Positions 47,833 to 57,296 of a stretch of DNA of 64,000 bases are shown piece by piece. This DNA is from an uncultured delta proteobacterium. Its GTDB lineage: Bacteria > Myxococcota > Myxococcia > Myxococcales > Myxococcaceae. The DNA is taken from the NCBI GenBank assembly GCA_963776345.1, contig CAVZMH010000015.1, positions 352,001 to 416,000 of the forward strand, given 5' to 3'. The number at the start of each line of letters is the position of its first letter. The stretch's first letter is position 1. The notes under the pieces were generated by a model. That model was given only the letters and a program-made list of their open reading frames with translations. It was not told the DNA's origin and searched no databases. A program made the translations under genes and the position numbers.

Positions 47833-49104
47833 ATGCGAGTCTCCCGCGTTGCGCTCGCGCTCCTGATCGCCCTCCTCCAGAGGCCCGCGCTGGCGAGCGA
47901 CGACGAGGACCTGCTCCGCGAGGCCGAGCGGATGTCCCGGATGCAGTCCGGCGCCGCGGCCTCACCCGAGGAGCTGCGGGCGCTGGTCGCCGAGCTGCTC
48001 CCCCGCGTGGGCAAGGTGATGCGGCTCCCGGTCCCCTCCCGGGTCGAGGTGAAGGTCGTGTCGCGCGACGAGGCCCGGGCCGCGCTGCTCGCGGTGCTGC
48101 GCCGCGACTACCCGGGCGACACGCTCGAGCGTCTCTCGGAGTCCCTGGCGGCGGTGGGTCTGGTCGCCGCCGGGACGGACCTGCGCTCAGAGGCCCGGTC
48201 GCTGTACGGCAGCAACGTCTCCGGCTTCTACGACCCGCACCAGCGGCGCCTCTACCTCCTCGCGGACCAGCCCCTGGCGGCGCAGGCGCTGGTCGTCGCG
48301 CACGAGCTGGCGCACGCAGTCCAGGACGAGGCCGTCCGCCTCGACGCAGCCTCGCAGAAGGTGCGGGCCTCCGAGGACGCCCAGCTCGCGCTCTCCGCCG
48401 CCATCGAGGGGCAGGCGCAGCGGGTGGCCGCGCTGGTGCTCGCCGGCGAGGCCGGAGGGACGGGCGAGGACGGGCTCGATCTGGGAGGCTTCCTCACCGA
48501 GGCGGCCGCGGCCAGCGCGGAGATGGCCGGGGGACAGTCGTCCGTGCCGTGGCTGGGGATGCAGCTCTCCTTCCCCTACGCCGCCGGGGCGAAGCTGGTG
48601 GCCGCCGTGCAAACCGCGAACGACCCCGCTGCGACGTCGCTCCTGCGCCGGCTGCCCCGGTCCACCGCGCAGGTGCTGGATCCGGCGCTCTACCGAGCGG
48701 ACGAGCGGCCCCGGGAGGCGCGTCTCGACCTCGCCACCCGGCTCCCCGGGAGCTCGGCCGTCCACGCCACCACGCTCGGCGCCGCGAACCTCGACCTCTT
48801 CGGCGAGCTGCACGGGGGCGGAGAGCTCGGCCGCGGCTGGCGAGGCGACCGCCTGGAGACGGTCCGCCGGGACGGCCAGCTCTGCGCCGTGTGGGCGGTG
48901 GCCTTCGGTTCCCCCGAGGGAGCGGACCGGCTGGTGAAGGCCTGGAGCGCGGCGCTCGGGGGAGGCGTCGGCGGGCCGGCGACCCAGCCGGACGGCTCGC
49001 GGTACCTCGTGAGGCAGGGTGGCGCCGTGGCGGTGCTGCTGGAGAACGTGCCGGCGGACCGCGTCGCCGAGCTGGTCTCGGCCGCGGCCACCGCGTTCAG
49101 GTGA
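47833..49104 (+). CDS. secreted putative zinc metallopeptidase (HEXXH)
   Basis: Signal peptide; GFYDP, AHELAHAVQD, AIEGQA, FPY, GWRGDR. Confidence 0.7.
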   Translation: MRVSRVALALLIALLQRPALASDDEDLLREAERMSRMQSGAAASPEELRALVAELLPRVGKVMRLPVPSRVEVKVVSRDEARAALLAVLRRDYPGDTLERLSESLAAVGLVAAGTDLRSEARSLYGSNVSGFYDPHQRRLYLLADQPLAAQALVVAHELAHAVQDEAVRLDAASQKVRASEDAQLALSAAIEGQAQRVAALVLAGEAGGTGEDGLDLGGFLTEAAAASAEMAGGQSSVPWLGMQLSFPYAAGAKLVAAVQTANDPAATSLLRRLPRSTAQVLDPALYRADERPREARLDLATRLPGSSAVHATTLGAANLDLFGELHGGGELGRGWRGDRLETVRRDGQLCAVWAVAFGSPEGADRLVKAWSAALGGGVGGPATQPDGSRYLVRQGGAVAVLLENVPADRVAELVSAAATAFR

Positions 49105-49112
49105 CGCCCAGG

Positions 49113-49493
49113 CTACTTGCCGGACTTCGCGGGCGCCGCGAGCCCGCGGATGTACGCCACCACCGACTTCACTTCCGCGGACGACAGCTTGGCCGCCGGC
49201 ATGTCCTTGGACAGTCCCTTGGCGGGACCGCCGCCGGTGATGACCGCCGTCAGGAACTCGTCGGTGCGCTTGGAGAGGGCGGCCTTGTCCGAGAAGTCCG
49301 CCGGCTTGGTGGTGTAGTACGCCGCGTCCTCCCCGTCGCCCTTCCCGGTGACGCCGTGGCAGCTCACGCAGTCGCGCTCGTAGATGGCCTTGCCCGCGGC
49401 GGCGTCGGGCTTCGCCGGCGCCGCAGCCAGCGACGCGACGGAGCCCAGGACCACCGCCGCTCCGGCAGCCCGCATCCAGTTCCGGACGTGCAT
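49113..49493 (-). CDS. periplasmic monoheme cytochrome c
   Basis: Signal peptide; CVSCHG.TGKGDG; MPA axial Met. Confidence 0.88.
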   Translation of the reverse strand: MHVRNWMRAAGAAVVLGSVASLAAAPAKPDAAAGKAIYERDCVSCHGVTGKGDGEDAAYYTTKPADFSDKAALSKRTDEFLTAVITGGGPAKGLSKDMPAAKLSSAEVKSVVAYIRGLAAPAKSGK

Positions 49494-49576
49494 GCGATTC
49501 CCTCCTCGTGGGTCCGGGGGGCAGGCCCCGCCCCGGACCGTCAAAGGCCGGCGAGCCTAGCCTGCCCCGGCCGCCG

Positions 49577-49987
49577 CTACGGCCTCGACGTGGGCTTCCC
49601 CGCGTCTTTCCAGCCCTTCAGCCCGGAGGCGAGCACGCTCACCCGGGTGTAGCCCGCCTCGACCGCCCGACCGGCGGCCGTGTGCGAGGACGTTCAAAGC
49701 TTGTTGGAGCAGTAGAAGACGAGCGGCGCGTTCCTGTCCGGAGGCAGCTCCTTCTTCACGTCGTAGTCATCGAACGAGCTCAGGAGCTTCGCCCCGGGGA
49801 TGACGCCGTTCTTCTCGCGGAACTCCGCGTCGTTGGCGTCCAGCACCGTCGCCGGGCTCCGCGGGTCCTTCTGCATCGACGCGAGCTCGGGCACCTCGAT
49901 GAAGCGGAACTTCTCCTTGGGCTCCGCGGCGAGGGCCAGGCCCGAGGCGAGCACCAGTTGGAGGGCGAGAATGGGGGAGCGCGTCAT
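49577..49987 (-). CDS. exported rhodanese-domain selenoprotein (Sec at UGA 49696-49694)
   Basis: Frame continues through TGA as FYCSNKL-U-TSSHTAAGRAVEAGYTRVSVLASGLKGWKDAGKPTSRP* and completes the rhodanese fold; SECIS-like hairpin follows the UGA. Confidence 0.82.
49655..49693 (-). promoter_or_regulatory. bacterial SECIS-like stem-loop
   Basis: After UGA: lower stem CCUC/GAGG, upper stem GGCCGCC/GGCGGUC, apical loop GGUCG starting 21 nt after UGA. Confidence 0.72.
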
Positions 49988-50062
49988 GGTCGGCGCTCCT
50001 GCTAGCCGGTCCTCCCCCCGGCCGGCAAGCCGGTTCCCTGCACCCCACCCGCACTCGGCGCT

Positions 50063-50239
50063 TCAGCCGACGTGGTGGATGGTGGGAGCGGCGGCCGAGG
50101 CGAAGACGCCCGCGGTCACGAAGTTCCGGACGATGGCGCCCGAGCCGCCGAGCCCGACCACGGCGAAGATGGCGCCGGCGAGGATGAGCCCGAGCGAGTG
50201 GCTGTGGCGGGTGGCGGAGAAGAGGGTGTCGCGGGTCAT
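50063..50239 (-). CDS. small (58 aa) membrane protein
   Basis: ATG after GGAG; one TM; preceded by a sigma54-like promoter. Confidence 0.55.
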   Translation of the reverse strand: MTRDTLFSATRHSHSLGLILAGAIFAVVGLGGSGAIVRNFVTAGVFASAAAPTIHHVG

Positions 50240-50276
50240 GGGAGGCTCCGGTTGCGGCGAGTTGCCAGGCTTCCAT

Positions 50277-50292
50277 TGCACGGCCTCTGCCA
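50277..50292 (-). promoter_or_regulatory. sigma54-type promoter
   Basis: TGGCAGAGGCCGTGCA (GG-N10-GC), about 38 bp upstream of the ATG at 50239. Confidence 0.55.
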
Positions 50293-50478
50293 GGCTGAAT
50301 CCCAGCAGTCTCCACGACTTGAGAAACCCGGCCGTCGCGCCCGGAGCTACGGGGCCCGGCACCTGTTGCGGCGGCCGTCTCAGCTCCGGCGTGGGCGAGG
50401 GTCGGACCTCGCCTCCCCCCGACCTCCGGCAGCCGCCGGTTGGCGACAACGAACGAGCCGCCCAGAATGCCTCCCCCG

Positions 50479-50973
50479 ATGACCCGCCGCCCTCCCTTCA
50501 TCGTCTCGTCCGCCGACGTCGCCGAGCGGATCCACCGCTACCCGAACAGCACCGAGGACATGGCGCCCTCGAGACCGATTGGCCGCACCGCCGGGCTTCT
50601 CCGGATCGGCATCCACCTCGTCCGGGTTCCTCCCGGCGCGCGCACCTCGTTCCCCCACGCCGAGTCGGCCGAGGAGGAGTTCGTGTACGTCGTCGAGGGG
50701 GAGATCGACGCCTGGATCGACGGCGAGCTCCACCGGATGAGGGCCGGGGACCTCGCCGCCTTTCCCGCCGGCACCGGCATCTGCCACACGTTCATCAACG
50801 ACGGTGACCGGGATGCGCTGCTCCTCTCGGGCGGAGAGGCGGACAAGGCCGACAACCAGATCCACTACCCGCTCAACCCCGGGCGCCGGGACGACCTCCC
50901 CTGGAGCCGCTGGTGGGACGACGTTCCCAGGCGCCCGCAAGGGCCGCACGACGGGAAGCCCCGCCGGCGCTGA
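50479..50973 (+). CDS. cupin-domain protein
   Basis: PPGARTSFPHAESAEEEFVYV.EG, FPAGTGICHTFIN. Confidence 0.88.
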   Translation: MTRRPPFIVSSADVAERIHRYPNSTEDMAPSRPIGRTAGLLRIGIHLVRVPPGARTSFPHAESAEEEFVYVVEGEIDAWIDGELHRMRAGDLAAFPAGTGICHTFINDGDRDALLLSGGEADKADNQIHYPLNPGRRDDLPWSRWWDDVPRRPQGPHDGKPRRR

Positions 50974-51012
50974 GCCAACGTCTAAGGCCGAACTCCCTGC
51001 GCGGGTTCGTCC

Positions 51013-51040
51013 TCGAAGACCGGGGTTGTTCTTCCTTGGA
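51013..51040 (+). repeat. 28-bp direct repeat, copy 1
   Basis: TCGAAGACCGGGGTTGTTCTTCCTTGGA; 27/28 identical to 57152-57179. Confidence 0.85.
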
Positions 51041-51124
51041 CCTCTTCGGCGCGTGTCAGCAGGGGGCAGCTCAGCTAGAAGGCTCCCCCGGAACCGCCGC
51101 CTTCACCACTCGAGGAGTCTGGGC

Positions 51125-51688
51125 ATGGACAAGAAGGGTTCGTCGTTTTCCAGCGACATCGCCGCCATCCGGAAGCGGGCGCGCGCCCATCTGGAGCGGG
51201 GCGCGGTCACCGAGAACTACGGGCTGGACGTGAAGACCGCCATCGCTCTGCTCAACGGGGCCGTGGCCACGGAGATCGTCTGCGTCCTCCGCTACAAGGC
51301 GCACGCGGTCATCGCCACCGGGCTCGCCAGCGAATCGGTGAAGGAGGAGTTCGCCCAGCACGCCAAGGAAGAGGAGGCCCACCTCGACTGGCTCGCCGAG
51401 CGGATCAATCAGCTGGGAGGAAAGCCCAACTTCAATCCCGATGGAATCACCGGGCGTGCGTCGTCCCAGTTCGTCGAGGGCGAGAACCTGGTGGACATGA
51501 TCCGCGAAAACCTGGTCGCCGAGCGGATCGCCATCGAGCACTACCGGGACCTGATCGCCTGGTTCGGAGAGAAGGACTCGACCACCCGGACCCTGCTGGA
51601 GCGGATCCTCGCCCAGGAAGAGGAGCACGCCAACGACATGCATGATCTCCTGGTGGCCCACGAGGGCAGGCCGATGCTCAAGCGGTGA
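51125..51688 (+). CDS. ferritin-like / bacterioferritin-family protein
   Basis: ATEIVCVLRY..H, EEEAH, ERI.QLGG.P, ENLVAERIAI, EEEHA. Confidence 0.88.
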   Translation: MDKKGSSFSSDIAAIRKRARAHLERGAVTENYGLDVKTAIALLNGAVATEIVCVLRYKAHAVIATGLASESVKEEFAQHAKEEEAHLDWLAERINQLGGKPNFNPDGITGRASSQFVEGENLVDMIRENLVAERIAIEHYRDLIAWFGEKDSTTRTLLERILAQEEEHANDMHDLLVAHEGRPMLKR

Positions 51689-51830
51689 CTTCACCTTCGC
51701 CACCGTTGGCGTTGATGTGGAAGGCTGGGGCTCGCTGCTCGGGGAGGTCGAGCGAGCCAGTCGCGCGTGAAGCTGCGTGGGGTCGTTGGGCCGACCAGGA
51801 CCCCTCGGTCGAGGTGGAGAGCCTCCATTG

Positions 51831-53564
51831 GTGAGACGGGCATCAGCGCCTGCGGTCCCCCGGATCGCCGTCGTCCTGACCGTGGCCGGGTTCTCCGGCG
51901 CCGCGGGGGCCGCTCCGGCCCGGTGCGATCGGAGGCTGACCGCGAGGCCGTCGACCCTCCCCGCCGGTCTCCACCTGGCCCGCGTGCGCATTCCCGCAAG
52001 CTCTCCCGACATCCAGCTCCGCGCCAGCAGCGGAACGGCCGGGCTTCCGGTGAGCGCGGGCACCGGCGCCATGGTCGTGGAGTTCACGGCCGACCCTCGC
52101 TCGCCGCCGCTGGTGATCATCGCCGCGGTGGGCGGGAGCTTCTGCGGGTTCTCGGTCGTTCGCGTCGGTTCGGCAGACGCCGCAGTCGCCCCGGGCCCGG
52201 TGACCCTGGTGGTGAACGAGCCGTCCACGGCGCCGGGCGATGCGGACACCGAGGTGCGGGTGTACGTCTTCGCGGTCGACAAGCACGGCGCGCCCCGCCG
52301 CGGAACCGCCCCCGCCTTCCAGCCGGGTGCTGGATCCATCACCGGGGTCAAACCGCTCGGGCCTGGAGTCTGGCGGGGCCGATGGAAGGTCCCAGCCGGG
52401 AAGGCCGACGAAACCCGGATGGAGGTGGCCTTCGGGTCGGAGGCGCTCACCCGGGGAGCCGTCGCCAGGAGGGCCGGCCTGCCCGCGGCGCTGGAGATCG
52501 AGGAGGATCCGGCAAGCAACGCCAACGGCATTCCGGGGGCAGTCATCGTCCGGATCCGGGATTCCGCCGGCAACCTCACCGATGGAACCCTGAAGCTGGA
52601 GGCCGACGTGGCGACGATGGGGGTGCCGGTCCGCCTCGAGCGCGGGATCTACCGCGCGCCGCTGCTCGTGACGACGGAGACGCACCGGAAGTCGTTATTC
52701 GTCAGTGCGACCGCCAACCGGATCTTCGCCAGCGCCACGCTCGTCATCGCGTCCCCGCCTGCGGCGATGGTCACGGTTGGACCGCCCGGGCCGATCCTGG
52801 CCCCTGGGTCCTCTCAGGGGAGGCCGGTGGTCCTCCTCCCGGTCACGGTGGCCGACGCCTCTGGCAATCCGGTGAACGACGTCCCGGTGGGCTCGGCACA
52901 GCTCGGCGAGTTTCTCGATGCCCAGGTCGTGGGCCCGGGGTCCTGGACTCTGCCCTACCGTCCGCCGCGCGTGCTGGAGGACTCGGTCGATCACATCACT
53001 GTCCGGGCCGGCACCGTCTCCACCGACGCGGATCTTCATATCTCGGCCGATCGCTTCTCGGGCTCCGTCGGCCTGAAGGCGGGGATGGTGGTGGCGAACG
53101 GCGTCGGGCCAGGCGCCGGGGTCGAGGGCTCGGCGTGGGCGCCCGTCGGGGGTACCCAGCTGGGGCTGACGCTCGACCTGAGCTGGTGGACGCTGTCGCA
53201 GACGAGCGCCGCAACGGTCGGCGGCGCAACCTCGACCTATCACGCCAGGCAGAACTATCTCCCGGTGCTGCTCTCCTTCTCCTTGAGGAAGCTGTTCACC
53301 AAGCGGTGGCTGCTCTGGGCGAGCGCCGGCGGAGGGGTTGCCGTGGTCTGGAACAACTCGCAGTTCGGCGGCCAGACGTCGGTGAGCGAGAGCGGGCTTG
53401 CTCCGGCCGCCAGTGCCTCCGTCTCCGCCGGGCCGCGCCTGGGGCCGGGCGCGCCGTTCCTCGAGCTGCGGGGCACCTGGATCGGCGATGCGAAGCTCTC
53501 GACCCTGACCGGGTCCACCGTCAACTTCCTGGTCCTGCTCGGGTATCGGTTCGATGTCATCTAG
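51831..53564 (+). CDS. Ig-like (invasin-type) domains + C-terminal outer-membrane beta-barrel
   Basis: N-terminal hydrophobic leader; repeated V.D..GN motifs; C-terminal amphipathic strands ending LLGYRFDVI. Confidence 0.65.
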   Translation: MRRASAPAVPRIAVVLTVAGFSGAAGAAPARCDRRLTARPSTLPAGLHLARVRIPASSPDIQLRASSGTAGLPVSAGTGAMVVEFTADPRSPPLVIIAAVGGSFCGFSVVRVGSADAAVAPGPVTLVVNEPSTAPGDADTEVRVYVFAVDKHGAPRRGTAPAFQPGAGSITGVKPLGPGVWRGRWKVPAGKADETRMEVAFGSEALTRGAVARRAGLPAALEIEEDPASNANGIPGAVIVRIRDSAGNLTDGTLKLEADVATMGVPVRLERGIYRAPLLVTTETHRKSLFVSATANRIFASATLVIASPPAAMVTVGPPGPILAPGSSQGRPVVLLPVTVADASGNPVNDVPVGSAQLGEFLDAQVVGPGSWTLPYRPPRVLEDSVDHITVRAGTVSTDADLHISADRFSGSVGLKAGMVVANGVGPGAGVEGSAWAPVGGTQLGLTLDLSWWTLSQTSAATVGGATSTYHARQNYLPVLLSFSLRKLFTKRWLLWASAGGGVAVVWNNSQFGGQTSVSESGLAPAASASVSAGPRLGPGAPFLELRGTWIGDAKLSTLTGSTVNFLVLLGYRFDVI

Positions 53565-56500
53565 GCGCCGAGCGTTTCTTGTCCTCGCGGTCCTCGCCCT
53601 GGCCCGGTGCGGAGGCTCCGCCTTTCCCAATCCAGCGCCCACTGCGGTGGTGCCGGACCGTGGCTTCACCGGAAACGCCACCCCGATCGTCATCCACGGC
53701 ACCGGGTTCTCCGTCCGAGCCGTCCAGCCAGCGTCCGGCGGTGCTCTCACGATCGACGAGACCTTCCAGGCCTGGTTGGGAAACGACGCGCTGCTCGACG
53801 TCCACGGGGTCGACGAGCAGACGCTCACCGCCACCGTCCCCCCGGGGCTGACCCCGGGTCTGAAGTCACTGCGCGTCCAGGGGCCGTTCGGCACCTCCGG
53901 GGAGCTGGCGCAGGCCTTCACCGTGGAGGGCACGGCGCTGGCGTCGATCACGCTGGACATCGCCGCCGCACCGGCCACCGTCAGCGAGGGCCAGTCGATC
54001 TCGGTCACGGTGACGGTGACGAACACCGGAAGCACGGCGGCCACCAACGCGGTTCCCGACACACCGACGGTGGCCGGGACCGGCACGGTGAGCTTGTCCA
54101 CCGGTCCGGCTCCGACCTCCATCGCCACCCTGGGGCCCGGCGACTCGGGGACCTTCACCTGGACCTACCTGGCGACCGGCGCCGGGACGCTGAGCTTCGC
54201 GGCGTCGGCCCATGCGACCGACACGTTCTCCGGGACGACCGTCAGCGCGTTCACCGACCCCACGAAGCCGGCGCAGGTCACGGTGCAGCACCCGGCCGCT
54301 CTCGCCGCGACCTTCCCCGCTTCCGGGTCCGCGGCCTTCGGCCAGGAGTTCCCGGTCACCATGACCGTCACCAGCGTGGGCGGAGCGGCGGTCGAGAACG
54401 TGATCCCCGCGGCGCCCACGGTGAATCCGGCCGGCCTGGTCACCCTGAAGACCGGGACGGACCGGTCCCGGCATCCGTCGCCTCGCTCAGCTCGGGCGAG
54501 AGCACCACCTTCACCTGGACCTTCGTGGCCGGCAACACGCCGGGCACGGTGCAGTTCTCTTCGAGCGCGGCCGGGAACGACGCCAACTCGGGCGCGGCGG
54601 TCGCTTCGGGCACCGCCACCTCTGGCAACTTCACCATCGGCGCGGCCGCGATCAATGCCACCCTCTCTGCCTCGCCGGCGACTGCCAGCATCGGTCAGGC
54701 AATCACCTTGACCCTGAAGCTGACCAACCCCGGGCTCGCCGACGTCCGCAACTTCACGGTGGGTACACCCAGCGTCAGCTCGACCGATGGCGCCAACGCC
54801 ACCCTGACCGCGGGCCCCTCTCCGGCACCGCCCGCGGTGCTCGCGGCGGGACAGACCGTCACCATCACCTGGACCTACAGTCCGGCGCTGATGCCGGGTC
54901 TCTCCTCGGGGCACCTCAGCTATCTGGTGACGGCGACCGGCGTCGACGCGTTCTCCGGCGGAACCATCGCCGCGCAGCCCACCGCCTCGTCCACCGTCCA
55001 GTCCCCGGCGGCGCTGACCGCGACCCTCACCCCGGAGCGCACGCCGCCGGTTCCCACCGGCCAGCCCTTCACGGTGAACACCGGCCAGGTCTTCACCATG
55101 AGCCTGGCGCTGAGCAACACCGGCGGGGCGGCGGCAGTGGCCGTGACCCCCACTCCGATCCCCGGCTGCGGGGCTCCATCTCCCGCCTCCGCCACCGTCA
55201 ACCCAGGCAGTCCGGTGGTCTTCGCCTACGCGAGCTGTTCCTCGGCCACGGCAGGGACCCTGACCCGCTCGGCGTCCGCATCCGGCACCGACGCGAACAA
55301 CCCGTCGCTGGTGGTGACCTCGAACACCGCGACCGCCACGGTGGTGGTGCAGACTCCGGCGGCCGTCGCGGCGACCGCGCTGACGACGACACCGGCAACC
55401 CTCACCGCCGGCCAGGGATTCACCGTCACCCTGACCCTGACCAAGTCCGGTTCGGCGGCGGCCAACGTCACCGGGGTGTCGCTCACCGGCACGACCTGCG
55501 CCACCGCTCCACCGATGCCGGTGAACGCCATCGGCACCACGTTGAACCTCACCTGGTCCGGGTGCACGGCGCCCTCGACGCCGCAGACGCTGACACTCGG
55601 GGGGTCCGCGGCCTGGCAGGACGCCAACACCGGCGTGACCCAGACCGCGGGACCGGCGACTGCCGCGGTCCAGGTGGTGAGCGGCGCGGAGGTGACTGCG
55701 ACCACCATCGCCACGACACCCCCGACGCTCAGCGCGGGACAGACGTTCACCATCACTCTCACCCTCGCGAAGTCGGGCGGGGCCACGGCGAACGTGACCG
55801 GCGCGTCGATGAACGACGCTTCGTCCTGCCAGACCGCGCCCACGTTCCCGATCAACAACATCCCGGCGACCCAGACCCTCGTCTGGAGCAACTGCACGGC
55901 GCCGGCGACGCCCGGACCGCTCGCGCTGGCTGGATCGGCGACCTGGGTGGACGCCAACGCTCCGACCGTCGTCAACACCACGAACCTGGCGGCGGCGGCG
56001 ATCACGGTTCAGGCGCCGGCTGCCTGGCGGCCAGCTTCCAGGCCCAGCCGCCAGCGACCGCGAGCGTCGGACAACCCCTGGCACTCACGGTGAATGTGAC
56101 GAACACCGCCGCCGCGGGCGGCGCCGCAGCGAACGGCGTGACTGTCACGCCCTCCACCACCGGGACGGCGACCGCCTCCTGTACCGCCGCGAGCCCGGGG
56201 GCCTCGAGCATCAATGCCGGCACGACCCTGCCATTCACCTTCACCTGTACGCCCCTCACCACGGGTACGCTCGCCGTCGTCGCCACGGTGAGCGGGACGG
56301 CAGCGAACAGCGGAAACGCGCTCACGGCCTCAGCCACGACCACGCCGGCGACGACGATCCAGGCGCCAGCCGGCCTGGCGGTGACCTTCGCGGCTCAGCC
56401 CCCGGCGTCGGTCAACGCGGGACAGCTCATCTCGCTGACCGCGAACGTCCGCAACACCGCACCGGCTGGGGGCGCGGCGGCGAATTCGGTCACGGTCACG

Positions 56501-56962
56501 CCGACCGTCAACACCGTGAGCGGGACGGCTGCCGCCACCTGCACTGCGGCGTCTCCCGGTGCCTCGACAATCAGCGCCAACTCCACCGTGGCTTTCAGCT
56601 TCGGTTGCACGACCTCGGGCGCTGGGACCCTCACTTTCACCGCGACTGCCAACGGCACCGCGGCCAACACCGGCACCGCGCTCGTCGCCGCGGCGACCAC
56701 CTCGCCGGCGACGACGGTCATCGCGCCGCTCGTCATCACGCCCGCGACGGCAAGGGTGCCCCATAACAAGAGCCGGACCTTCACCGCCAGCGGGGGGAGC
56801 GGGACTGGCTATACCTGGTCGCTGTCGACCAACGCCTCGGGCGGCTCCATCGACCCCGCCACCGGCGTCTACACGGCCGGGGCCACGCGCAACGTGACCG
56901 ACGTGGTGCGCGTGCAGGACTCCCTGGGGAACTCCGCGACCGCCAGCGTGACGGTGACGTAG
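53554..56962 (+). CDS. large Thr/Ala-rich Ig-like repeat lipoprotein (about 1,130 aa; frameshifts near 54460 and 56025)
   Basis: Lipoprotein-like LALARC; IPT/TIG-like first domain; repeated 'GQ.FTVTLT..N.G' modules with paired Cys; C-terminal domain FTASGGSGTGYTWSLSTNASGGSID. Confidence 0.75.
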
Positions 56963-57151
56963 ACCGTCTGCAGGCCGAGACCCCTCGTTCGGCCCGCTGC
57001 CCTGGTCATCGTTGGCGATGAGCTGGAGCGAGCATCTGGCGTCAAGGTCGACTGGCACGCGCTCCAGGCCGGGCGGAGCGGCAGCGACGACTGGATCAAG
57101 CAGTCGCCGACGCGTCGCATCTCGATCCCTCCGTTAGATGCGGCCCGCCCT

Positions 57152-57179
57152 TCGAAGACCCGGGTTGTTCTTCCTTGGA
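57152..57179 (+). repeat. 28-bp direct repeat, copy 2
   Basis: TCGAAGACCCGGGTTGTTCTTCCTTGGA. Confidence 0.85.
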
Positions 57180-57296
57180 GGTTGCGTTTCGCCGGCCTCG
57201 GACGTACGTCGGCGAGACGCGAGGGGGCCTCTCGTCTGGCAGGCGCGCCTGTGACCGCACCGTGACATGTGCCGCCCTCGGCTGGAGGCACGTCCC

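Noticed and set aside
50295..50400. Resemblance to c-di-GMP-I (GEMM) or cobalamin riboswitch fragments on the minus strand (GACGGCCGGGTT)
   Set aside because: Core conserved elements could not be placed, and the stretch lies upstream of the putative sigma54 promoter.
56963..57150. Possible gene remnant or hairpin RNA between the Ig-protein genes
   Set aside because: No start, RBS or recognisable motif; the pairings are compatible with chance in GC-rich DNA.
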